Origin: an uncultured bacterium
Lineage (GTDB): Bacteria > Bipolaricaulota > Bipolaricaulia > UBA7950 > UBA9294
NCBI GenBank assembly: GCA_903859225.1
Contig: CAIOLV010000001.1
Span: 1-31,568, forward strand
Length of the DNA stretch: 31,568 bases
Reading direction: 5' to 3'
The notes under the pieces: model-generated
What the model was told of the DNA's origin: nothing
Database searches by the model: none
What the model saw: only the letters and a program-made list of their open reading frames with translations
Shown here: positions 1 through 8,264 of the stretch, one piece after another
Layout: the number at the start of each line of letters is the position of its first letter
Numbering within the stretch: the first letter of the stretch is position 1
Made by a program: the position numbers and the translations under genes

Positions 1-14
1 ACGGGAGGAGAGAC

Positions 15-686
15 ATGATGGTCCGCAGCGTCTCGACCTGCGACATCGTCCTCGTCGGTGTTGGTGGGCAGGGCATCCTGACGATTGGCGAGATCCTGCT
101 GCACGCGGCGCTCGAGAGTGACGTCGCCGCCTCGTTCGCTCCGACCAAAGGGATGGCGCAGCGCGGCGGGTTCGTGAAGGCGGAACTGCGCTTGGGGCGC
201 GACGGCGTTGGCCCGCGGATCGGTGAGGGAGCAGCAGATCTCGTCCTCGCCACCGAACGGTCGGAGGCCCTGCGCGGGATCCGCTTCGTGAAGCCGGGCG
301 GCGTGTTCATCCTCTACGACGACGTCTGGGCGCCGACGGGAGTCATGCTCGGCGCTGCGAAGTACCCGGAGCGTGAGGCCGTTGTCGCGGCGATCAACGA
401 GGCCGGCGCGCGATCCGTCGTGCTTCTCCCTTCCGAGATTCCACCCATCAACGGGCGCCCTGCCGCGGCGAACATCGTCGTCCTCGGCGCGGCATGCGCC
501 GTGCCTGCGCTTGCTCGCGCCCTCGACGCATTGGTGGTCGAGAGGATCGTTGCGGCCCGATGGCCGAAGTCGGCCGCACCTAACGTCGAAGCATTCAGGG
601 TTGGCCTCGAGGCTGCGGGCTGCGCCTCTCGCATGGGTTTCGGGGAGTCGCGAGAGCCACAGCCGAGAGCGGATCGACGTGGGTGA
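15..686 (+). CDS. iorB: 2-oxoacid:ferredoxin oxidoreductase gamma-type / indolepyruvate oxidoreductase beta subunit
   Basis: DIVLVGVGGQGILT and KGMAQRGGFV motifs typical of the POR-gamma/IorB family; SD GGAGGAG just upstream; 223 aa; 8-bp overlap with the next gene. Confidence 0.8.
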   Translation: MMVRSVSTCDIVLVGVGGQGILTIGEILLHAALESDVAASFAPTKGMAQRGGFVKAELRLGRDGVGPRIGEGAADLVLATERSEALRGIRFVKPGGVFILYDDVWAPTGVMLGAAKYPEREAVVAAINEAGARSVVLLPSEIPPINGRPAAANIVVLGAACAVPALARALDALVVERIVAARWPKSAAPNVEAFRVGLEAAGCASRMGFGESREPQPRADRRG

Positions 687-2802
687 GAAGGTGCCTCACG
701 GGCTGGAGAGCTTCTTCCGTCCGCGCGGAGTCGCCGTCGTCGGTTCGACCGGCGAGGGCAAGATGGGCCGCGTGCTGGTAGATCAACTCGTCGCGGGCGG
801 CTATTCGCCCGTCTACGCGGTGAACCCGCGCGGAGAGGGCGCGCCGGGAGTCAGGGCCGCCGCCCGCTCTTTCGCCGAGCTTGCGGGCGCCGGTCACGTT
901 GTCGATCTTGCCGTCATCGCCTCGCCGGCGGACACGGTCGCGGCGATGCTCGAGGACGCGGGGCGCGCCGGGGTTCACGCGGCGGCCGTCATTGCCTCAG
1001 GATTTGCGGAGTGCGGCGAGAAGGCGAAGGAAGAGGCCCTCGTCCGCGTTGCCTGCACCTACGGCATCCGCTTCATCGGCCCGAATTGCGCGGGCCTCGT
1101 GAACACGAAGCGGAGTCTCTTTCCGACCCTCGAAACGCGACCGCCGATGGGCGATGTGGCCCTCGTGTCGCAGAGCGGCGCATTGGGCGGCGCCGTTCTG
1201 TCGTGGGCCGAGGAGCAGGGCGTCGGGTTCTCGAAGTTCGTCTCGTATGGAAATGGCGCCGACCTCACCGACGTCGACTTCCTCGACTACCTACGTGGGG
1301 ATGACGAGACGAAGGTCGTTGCGCTCTACCTCGAGACCGTGTCCGACGGTCGGGCGTTTCTTGAGGCAGCGCGGCAGCTGACGGCCGTGAAGCCGCTCGT
1401 CGTCATCAAGTCGGGCCGTTCGGCGGCCGGCGGGCGCGCGACGTTGTCGCACACGGGTTCGCTCGCCGGGACGGATGCCGTCTACGACGCGGCGTTCCGG
1501 CAGTGCGGCGCGATGCGCGTCGACGGAATCGAAGAGATGTTTGACGTGTGCCGCGGACTCGCGTCGTTTCCACCTGTCCGAGGAAAGCGGGTTGTCATCG
1601 TCACAAACTCCGGAGGTCCCGGCGTGCTCTCCACGGACGCGGCCGAGGCCGTCGGCCTGGACCTCGCGCCGCCGAGCCCGACCTTGCGCCGGCGGTTGGC
1701 GGAGAGGCTTCCCTCGTATTGCAGCCTTGGGAATCCGATCGACCTCACGGTGCAGGGCGGCGAGGCGGAGTACCGCGACGTGCTGTCGATGGCTCTCGAG
1801 GAGTACGACGCGGCCGTGGCCATCGACGTTAACACGCCGTATCTCGATGCAGCCCTCGTCGCGCGCGGGATCGTGACGGCGGCGAAGGTCACGGGCAAGC
1901 CGGTGGCCGCGACGTTCATGGCCGGGAAGACGGCGGCCGCGGCGCTTCCCGTGCTGATTGCCGGAAGCGTGCCGGACTTCCCGACCGGCGAACGAGCTGT
2001 CGCGGTTCTTGCACTCCTCGCGAACGATCAAGCGAGGAGGCTCGGTCGACGTGAGTCCTCTCCTCCCGAACCTGCGAAGTCCTCACTTCCTGGGCAGGGT
2101 CTCATCCTCTCCGAGCCGGAGGCGATGGATTGGCTAGGAGCTCAGGGGCTGCCGGTGCCGCAGCGCCGGCTTGCGCGTTCGGCCGAAGAGGCGGCGACTG
2201 CCGCGGCGGCGCTCGGTTTCCCCGTCGCCATCAAGGTTGTGGCCTCGGGTGTTGTGCACAAGACGGACGTAGGCGGCGTCGTGCTCGATGTGGCGAGCAA
2301 GGTCAGTGCTCGATCCGCGTTCCGGGAGTTGTCCGAGCGGGCGAAGGATCTGGGCTTCTGCGGCGTCCTCGTCGTGCCGATGGTGCGGGACGCGGTCGAG
2401 ATGCTGGTCGGTGTCTCGCGCGACCCGCAGTTCGGCCCGGTCGTAGCGGTCGGCTTGGGCGGAGTCACGGCCGAGGCGCTTCACGACGTCGCGCTGCGCG
2501 TCGCACCGATCGACGAAGCGGAAGCACGCGTCATGCTTGGCGAACTGCGTGCCCCGTCTCTTCTCGGAGCCTTCCGCGGCCGGCCGGCGCGAGACCTTGG
2601 TGCCTTCGCGTCGCTCGTCGCGCGCGTCTCGCAGCTTCCGTTTCAGTATCCTGATCTTGCGGAACTCGATCTGAACCCCGTCTTTGCTCTTAAGGCGGGA
2701 GTCGTCATCGGCGACGTCCGCGCCGCGCGCGTGGGCTCGGACGCTGTACGCGGGCGCACGCCGAGCGTGCGCCTGGACGCGAACCAGGGCACAATCGCGT
2801 AG
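679..2802 (+). CDS. ADP-forming acyl-CoA (acetate-CoA) synthetase, fused alpha-beta
   Basis: FFRPRGVAVVGS CoA-binding start, IRFIGPNCAG, SQSGALG, phospho-His motif SHTGSLAG, NPIDLT, and ATP-grasp HKTDVGGV...DPQFGPVV...ELDLNPV. GTG start at 679 (alternative 691); the ORF-track start at 373 overlaps iorB and is unlikely. Confidence 0.9.
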   Translation: MGEKVPHGLESFFRPRGVAVVGSTGEGKMGRVLVDQLVAGGYSPVYAVNPRGEGAPGVRAAARSFAELAGAGHVVDLAVIASPADTVAAMLEDAGRAGVHAAAVIASGFAECGEKAKEEALVRVACTYGIRFIGPNCAGLVNTKRSLFPTLETRPPMGDVALVSQSGALGGAVLSWAEEQGVGFSKFVSYGNGADLTDVDFLDYLRGDDETKVVALYLETVSDGRAFLEAARQLTAVKPLVVIKSGRSAAGGRATLSHTGSLAGTDAVYDAAFRQCGAMRVDGIEEMFDVCRGLASFPPVRGKRVVIVTNSGGPGVLSTDAAEAVGLDLAPPSPTLRRRLAERLPSYCSLGNPIDLTVQGGEAEYRDVLSMALEEYDAAVAIDVNTPYLDAALVARGIVTAAKVTGKPVAATFMAGKTAAAALPVLIAGSVPDFPTGERAVAVLALLANDQARRLGRRESSPPEPAKSSLPGQGLILSEPEAMDWLGAQGLPVPQRRLARSAEEAATAAAALGFPVAIKVVASGVVHKTDVGGVVLDVASKVSARSAFRELSERAKDLGFCGVLVVPMVRDAVEMLVGVSRDPQFGPVVAVGLGGVTAEALHDVALRVAPIDEAEARVMLGELRAPSLLGAFRGRPARDLGAFASLVARVSQLPFQYPDLAELDLNPVFALKAGVVIGDVRAARVGSDAVRGRTPSVRLDANQGTIA

Positions 2803-2811
2803 GGGGTCATC

Positions 2812-3909
2812 ATGTCGCTACGTCCGCAACGGGGTCTCGATTCGATCCAGCCGTACGTTCCTGGGAAGCCGATCGGTGAAGTGAAGCGCGAGCTCGGCGT
2901 GGATGACGTGATCAAGCTTGCGTCGAACGAGAACCCGTTCGGCGTCTCGCCCAAGGCTCTCGTCGCGATGCGCGCGGCGCTCGAGACCGTGAACATCTAC
3001 CCTGACGGGGCGAGCTACGACGTGCGCCTTGCCATCGCGAAGCACTTCGGATTCGACCTCGACCAAGTGGCGGTGGGTAACGGCGCCGACGACCTCATCC
3101 TCGAGCTCTCGATGGCCTATCTCGACGACGGCGACGAGGTTATCGCCAGCCGTTCGTCGTTCCCAATCTACGACATCTACACGAGCGCCATGCGTGCCAA
3201 GATGGTGAAGACGCCACTCGCGCCGGGGTACCGCTTGGATCTCGAAGCGATGGCGCGCGCGATCACGAACCGCACGCGCATTGTCTGCATCTGCAACCCG
3301 AACAACCCGACCGGCACAATCGTCACCGCGGCGGAGCTGACTCGATTTCTCAGGAAGTTGCCGGACAACGCGCTCCTCGTGCTCGACGAGGCCTACTGCG
3401 AGATGGTCGACTCGCCCGAATTTCCCGACGGGCTCGGACTCGTGCGCGAAGGGCGGAAGAACGTCATCGTCCTGCGCACATTCTCGAAGGTGTTCGGCCT
3501 CGCGGGAATCCGTCTCGGGTACGGATTCGCCCACCGCGACACGTTGGCGCCGCTGTTCAAGGTGAAGCCGGCGTTCACCGTGAACTCGGTCGCCCAGGCA
3601 GCGGGGATCGCCGCCATCGAGGACGAGGAGTTCATGCGCTTCACTGTGACCGAGAACCGCAAGGGCCGCGAGGTTCTGTACGGCGAGCTGCGGCGGCTCG
3701 GGTTGGAGTATGCCGATAGCCACACGAACTTCATCCTTGTGAAGATCGGCCCGCAGGCGATCGACGTGCAGCGGCGGCTCCTCACCTACGGCGTGATCGT
3801 TCGCCCGTGCGGAGGCTACGATCTGCCGGAATTCCTGCGCATCTCGATCGGGACGCGGGAAGAGAACGAGCGCCTCGTCGCTGCCCTGAAGAGCGTTCTC
3901 CGCGGGTAG
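2812..3909 (+). CDS. hisC: Histidinol-phosphate / aromatic aminotransferase (class I/II PLP)
   Basis: KLASNENPFG, YPD, NPNNPTG, DEAY and PLP-Lys motif RTFSKVFGLAGIRLGY; SD AGGGGG; 365 aa. Confidence 0.88.
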   Translation: MSLRPQRGLDSIQPYVPGKPIGEVKRELGVDDVIKLASNENPFGVSPKALVAMRAALETVNIYPDGASYDVRLAIAKHFGFDLDQVAVGNGADDLILELSMAYLDDGDEVIASRSSFPIYDIYTSAMRAKMVKTPLAPGYRLDLEAMARAITNRTRIVCICNPNNPTGTIVTAAELTRFLRKLPDNALLVLDEAYCEMVDSPEFPDGLGLVREGRKNVIVLRTFSKVFGLAGIRLGYGFAHRDTLAPLFKVKPAFTVNSVAQAAGIAAIEDEEFMRFTVTENRKGREVLYGELRRLGLEYADSHTNFILVKIGPQAIDVQRRLLTYGVIVRPCGGYDLPEFLRISIGTREENERLVAALKSVLRG

Positions 3910-3930
3910 GACTCGAAAGGAGTGGGCGCG

Positions 3931-4692
3931 ATGGGCGAGCCGGTCGCGATCCTCTCGGACGTCCACGGCAACGTTCGCGCCCTGGACTGCGTTCTCGACG
4001 ACGTCGCGCGGCGCAGGATCCGCCGCATCGTCAACCTCGGGGATTGCCTTTACGGGCCGTTTGATCCGCGCCCTGCCGCCGACCGGTTGATGGGCCTCGA
4101 CATCCCCACTGTGTCGGGGAACGAGGACCGGATCCTGCTCGACGCGGGCTTCCCTCTCTCACAAGCGGCGGGCCGTTCTCTGACGAGAACGGCTAGGTTC
4201 ACGCGGGAGCGGCTTGAACCGCGCCATCTTGCCTGGATCGCCTCGCTGCCGCTCACGACGACGGTCGAGGACGCCCTGCTGTGTCACGGCACGCCGACCG
4301 ACGACACGGTCTACCTCCTCTCCCGCGTCTCGGCGGGAAGTCTCGCGTTGCGAACCGGCGAGGAGCTTGACTCTCTGCTGGACGCCGTCGCGGAGCGTCT
4401 CGTCTTCTGCGGCCACGACCACACGCAGCGGCTCGCCGTGCGCGGCGAGAAGCTGATCGTCAATCCCGGCAGCGTAGGATGCCCGGCCTACGCCGATGAC
4501 GTGCCGGAGGCGCATATTGTCGAGAGCGGATCGCCCCATGCGCGCTTCGCCATCGTGAGATCGAGCGCCGGGGGAGCGCTCTCCGTAGAGTGGGTCGCCG
4601 TGCCCTACGATGCCGAAGCGGCCGCCGACGAGGCGCTCGCGAACGGCTTCCCCGACTGGGCGTCTTGGATCGCGACCGGCCGAGCCGAGTGA
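3931..4692 (+). CDS. Metallophosphoesterase (YfcE/MJ0936-like calcineurin fold)
   Basis: SDVHGN, NLGD, GNED, CHGTP, CGHDH and NPGSVG motifs; AGGAG SD 8 nt before ATG 3931. Confidence 0.85.
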   Translation: MGEPVAILSDVHGNVRALDCVLDDVARRRIRRIVNLGDCLYGPFDPRPAADRLMGLDIPTVSGNEDRILLDAGFPLSQAAGRSLTRTARFTRERLEPRHLAWIASLPLTTTVEDALLCHGTPTDDTVYLLSRVSAGSLALRTGEELDSLLDAVAERLVFCGHDHTQRLAVRGEKLIVNPGSVGCPAYADDVPEAHIVESGSPHARFAIVRSSAGGALSVEWVAVPYDAEAAADEALANGFPDWASWIATGRAE

Positions 4693-4766
4693 GGCTGCGG
4701 CCACCCGCTCGGCGCGCTATGAATGCGGCCGGAGCGTCGTTTCAGGCTATCTGAACCTATCGAGTG

Positions 4767-4795
4767 TTGACAGCCCACGGGGCTCCTGCTAGAGT
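4767..4795 (+). promoter_or_regulatory. Sigma70-type promoter of the large operon
   Basis: TTGACA (4767-4772), 17-nt spacer, TAGAGT (4790-4795) preceded by extended -10 TG (4787-4788); lies in the 159-bp gap before lacI. Confidence 0.8.
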
Positions 4796-4809
4796 GGTGC
4801 ATCGATTTC

Positions 4810-4823
4810 GGAAAACGATTTCC
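4810..4823. promoter_or_regulatory. LacI-family operator
   Basis: GGAAAACGATTTCC: 12/14 palindrome with central CG and flanking AAA/TTT (PurR/RbsR/CcpA-like); just downstream of the predicted +1 and upstream of a LacI gene. Confidence 0.7.
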
Positions 4824-4851
4824 TTGGGGCGCGAGCATCCATGACAAGACC

Positions 4852-5850
4852 ATGAGAGCCACCATTCGGGAGGTTGCAGAGCGCGCGGGTGTCGCCCCCT
4901 GCACCGTTTCCCGAGTGCTCAACGGCCACGATGCGGAGCACATGCGTCCGGAGACGAAAGAGCGGGTTCTCGACTCCATCCGGGAACTTGACTACACGCC
5001 GGTCCGAGCGGCGCAGCGGCTTCGTCGCCAGCGAACTCACGCGCTGGGAATCCTCGTTCCTGACATCACCAACCTCTACTTCGCCCTGCTGACTCGCGGC
5101 GTCGAGTCTGTTGCGTTCGAGCGAGGCTTCACGAGCCTCATCTGTGACTCGAGCCACGACCCGCGACGTGAGGCTCGCTATCTCGAGATGCTTCTCGCCG
5201 AGGACGTCGAGGGCGTCCTCCTCGTTCCCACGGGGCGCGGCGACGCGAGTGCACTGAAGCGTCTGGTCGCGCGCGGAGTACGTGTCATGCTGATGGATCG
5301 GCGCATCGTCGGGTTCCCGGTCGTCGAGGCGGACAACCGCGGGGCGAGCCGGGCCCTTGGCGAGCACCTGCTTGGGCTGGGGTACGAACGCATGGTCTAC
5401 ATCAGCGGCCCGGCGGAGGTCAGCACCGCCGAGGATCGCCTGTGCGGATTCCGCGACGCCGTCCGCAGCGAAGGCGGCGACCTGGCGGACGTCCGGCGCG
5501 GCGCGTTCACGTTCGAGTCCGGATTCGATGCGGCGAGAGAGATTCTGCGACACGACAAGGCCGACGCTATCGTGGCGGCCAACGACCTCATGGCGTTTGG
5601 CGTCCTGCGTGCGGTGGAAGAGGAAGGCCTGTCGGTCCCCAGGGACATCGGGGTGGCGGGCTTCGATCATGTGCCGCACGTCCCGTATGCGACGTTCCTC
5701 CGGCCGGAACTGACCACCGTCGACGTTCCGGTGCACGAGATGGGCCGTCAGGCGGCGCGGCGCTTACTCGACGGGAAGGCGGACTCGCTGCAACTGGCAA
5801 CGACGCTCATTCCCGGGGGTACATGCATTGCGCGAAGGAGGGGCAAGTGA
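4852..5850 (+). CDS. LacI-family transcriptional regulator
   Basis: HTH TIREVAERAGVAPCTVSRVLN, hinge YTPVRAAQRL, sugar-binding domain with ANDLMAFG, VPRDIGVAGFD and PELTTV; 332 aa. Confidence 0.95.
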   Translation: MRATIREVAERAGVAPCTVSRVLNGHDAEHMRPETKERVLDSIRELDYTPVRAAQRLRRQRTHALGILVPDITNLYFALLTRGVESVAFERGFTSLICDSSHDPRREARYLEMLLAEDVEGVLLVPTGRGDASALKRLVARGVRVMLMDRRIVGFPVVEADNRGASRALGEHLLGLGYERMVYISGPAEVSTAEDRLCGFRDAVRSEGGDLADVRRGAFTFESGFDAAREILRHDKADAIVAANDLMAFGVLRAVEEEGLSVPRDIGVAGFDHVPHVPYATFLRPELTTVDVPVHEMGRQAARRLLDGKADSLQLATTLIPGGTCIARRRGK

Positions 5851-6593
5851 TCGGAAAGAGGACGCGGTTGGCGCGGTTGTTCCGCGCCGATGGGCGGGCC
5901 GTCGTGATTGCGCTCGATCACGGGCAGTTCAAGGGCTCCATGCCTGGGCTCGAGTCCGTGCCCGACATCGTGAAGCGCGTGGTCGACGGAGGGGCGGACG
6001 GAATCATCCTCAATGCGGGAGCGCTGGAAGGCTCTGTCTGCAACTACGCGGGACGCTGCTCGCTGATCGTTCGCGTCACGGGGGCGAGCACAGACGCCAA
6101 TCCCGGTTTCGACTATCACCGATCGATCCTGTCGGTCGAGCGGGCCGTCGCGCTGGGCGCGGACGCGGTCATCGCCATGGGCTTCCTCGGCAGCCCGAGC
6201 GAGGGGCCGTCGTTGGCCCTCCTGGCGGAGATTGCAGAGGACTGCCGGCGATGGGGAATGCCGCTGGTGGCCGAGATGCTGATCGCCGATCCGAAGAAGT
6301 TCAACGATGTCCCGTCGATCGCTCTGGGAGCCCGCGTGGCCTACGAGCTCGGCGCTGATGTCGTGAAAGCGTACGGCGCCGGCGAACCGTCGTTCGCCGA
6401 CATTCCGAAGAGCGGCCCGCTTCCCGTCCTCGTCGCGGGGGGCGCAAAGTCGGCGGACCCGGCGGAGATGGCGCGCCAAGCCGTCGAGTGCGGAGCGGCC
6501 GGCGTGGCATTCGGACGCACGGTGTTTGGGGCGGCGAACCCCACGGAGATCGTTCGCAGTCTCGTGAAGGCTGTGCATGGAAAGGGAGGCTAG
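5847..6593 (+). CDS. Class I aldolase (DhnA/LsrF/DeoC-LacD family)
   Basis: IALDHG, GADGII, Schiff-base Lys in GADVVKAY, VAGG, GVAFGR; GTGA overlap with the lacI stop; SD AAGGAGGGG; 248 aa. Confidence 0.88.
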   Translation: MIGKRTRLARLFRADGRAVVIALDHGQFKGSMPGLESVPDIVKRVVDGGADGIILNAGALEGSVCNYAGRCSLIVRVTGASTDANPGFDYHRSILSVERAVALGADAVIAMGFLGSPSEGPSLALLAEIAEDCRRWGMPLVAEMLIADPKKFNDVPSIALGARVAYELGADVVKAYGAGEPSFADIPKSGPLPVLVAGGAKSADPAEMARQAVECGAAGVAFGRTVFGAANPTEIVRSLVKAVHGKGG

Positions 6594-6594
6594 C

Positions 6595-8241
6595 ATGCGT
6601 CGCCTGGCTCGCCGGGCGGTTGTCGTCGCCCTCGTGATGGTCGGGGTCGGTGGGTCGGCTCTCTTCGCGGCCGGCGTTGGCGGCGTCGTGTTCCTCGACA
6701 AGAACCACAACGGCGCCCTCGACAGCGGGGAGACAGGCGTGTCGGGCGCTGTCGTGAGCGATGGGTTGAACGTAGTGCGCACGGACGATGCGGGTCGGTT
6801 CTCGCTTCCAGACAACAACGGAGCACGGTTCGTTTTCCTCTCCACTCCGAACGGGATGAAGCCCTCGGCCGGTTGGTACCGCGCCGTCGCGGAGGGCGGC
6901 TCGTACGTATTCCCGCTGGAAACGCGCGACGAATCCGGCCCGCTCGTCTTTGCGCAGCTCTCGGACATTCACTACGCCCCGGACCCAGAGGCATTCTCCC
7001 GCGCGTTCGCGGATCGCGAGATGGCGTTCTTGCCCAACGGGACTCTCGATGGGCTCGTCGCCGAGATCAACCCCCTCGCGCCCGACTTCGTGATCCTCAC
7101 GGGCGACATCATCGCCAATGCGAAGGGGCCGGAGCTCGACGAGGTCAAGTCGTGGTTCACGACGATGGATGATGGGTTCGTGTCGCGATTCACGGTGCCG
7201 GTCTACGAGGCGATGGGGAACCACGACGAGGTGCGGGATCCGGCCGTGGACAAGGCAGTGTACGAAGATCACTTCGGCCCGACCTACTACTCGTTCAACG
7301 TGAAGGGCACGCACTGCGTCGTCCTCGATCTCCACCAGCTTCAGGGGACGTCCCAGATCTACTCGCTCAGCGCGGCGGAGCTTGACTGGCTGCGCCGGGA
7401 CCTGGCCCTGGTCGGTGCGAATGCGCCGATTCTCGTCTTCTGTCACGAGCCGACGCCCGACTGGGCACAGACGCCGGAGAACGCCGCGTTGTGGGACCTT
7501 CTCGCCGGCTCGAACATCACGGCGCTCCTGAACGGCCACTGGCACACGAACTTCGTCCTGCGTGAGGAGCCGTTCTACGAGCTCACGTCGGGCGCGGTCT
7601 GCGGTTCGTGGTGGGAAGGACCGAACCCGGACGGCACGGGCTTCGGGTACCGCATCTACGAGATGTCGCGGGGCCGACTAGCAAGCACGTGGCGCACGGT
7701 GGGAGCGAATGTCGTCTCGTTCACGTCCCCGACCGCGGCGGCTCTCACGTGGACCGACCGCCTGGTCGCCAGCGTATGGGGCGAGGCGGCGTCAGCGGCC
7801 TACTGCTGGGACGGCGGCGCGAACGTGACGATCGATGTCGCGTCGAACGGTCTCTGGAGCACGGCGGCCGGCAATCTGAACGTGGCAACGCTCCCGTCGG
7901 GCTACCACACGCTCACCATCACGTTCTCGATGACGAGTGGGGGACCGATCGTGGGTCGGCAGGCGTTCTACGTCTTCGTGCCGGGGCTGTCCCTCAGCGA
8001 TTTCATCGATCACCCCGAGGTGTTCCAGGGGAAAATGGTCGGGACGACGGCGCTCGAGGTGCGTGCCGTGATGGGAGCCGACATCTCGGCGACCGACGGC
8101 ACGAAGACCATCATCGTGGCTAAGTTCCCACTCTCGGTGGCGAAGGGAGATCGCGTTTCGGTGGTCGGCATGTACCGGGCGACGAGCGCGGATCCGATCA
8201 AGGCCTTTGACCTGATCTTCAGCGTCAAGCTTGCGAAGTAG
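6595..8241 (+). CDS. Secreted calcineurin-like phosphoesterase with N-terminal SdrD/CnaB-like domain and C-terminal extension
   Basis: Signal peptide MRRLARRAVVVALVMVG; GVVFLDKNHNG..D.GE.GVSGAVVSDG; binuclear motifs SDIH, TGDII, GNHD, CHEP, GHWH; CGSWWEGPNPDGT; SD GGGAGG; 548 aa. Confidence 0.85.
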   Translation: MRRLARRAVVVALVMVGVGGSALFAAGVGGVVFLDKNHNGALDSGETGVSGAVVSDGLNVVRTDDAGRFSLPDNNGARFVFLSTPNGMKPSAGWYRAVAEGGSYVFPLETRDESGPLVFAQLSDIHYAPDPEAFSRAFADREMAFLPNGTLDGLVAEINPLAPDFVILTGDIIANAKGPELDEVKSWFTTMDDGFVSRFTVPVYEAMGNHDEVRDPAVDKAVYEDHFGPTYYSFNVKGTHCVVLDLHQLQGTSQIYSLSAAELDWLRRDLALVGANAPILVFCHEPTPDWAQTPENAALWDLLAGSNITALLNGHWHTNFVLREEPFYELTSGAVCGSWWEGPNPDGTGFGYRIYEMSRGRLASTWRTVGANVVSFTSPTAAALTWTDRLVASVWGEAASAAYCWDGGANVTIDVASNGLWSTAAGNLNVATLPSGYHTLTITFSMTSGGPIVGRQAFYVFVPGLSLSDFIDHPEVFQGKMVGTTALEVRAVMGADISATDGTKTIIVAKFPLSVAKGDRVSVVGMYRATSADPIKAFDLIFSVKLAK

Positions 8242-8264
8242 GTTGTGCGCAGGGAGGTAGTGCG

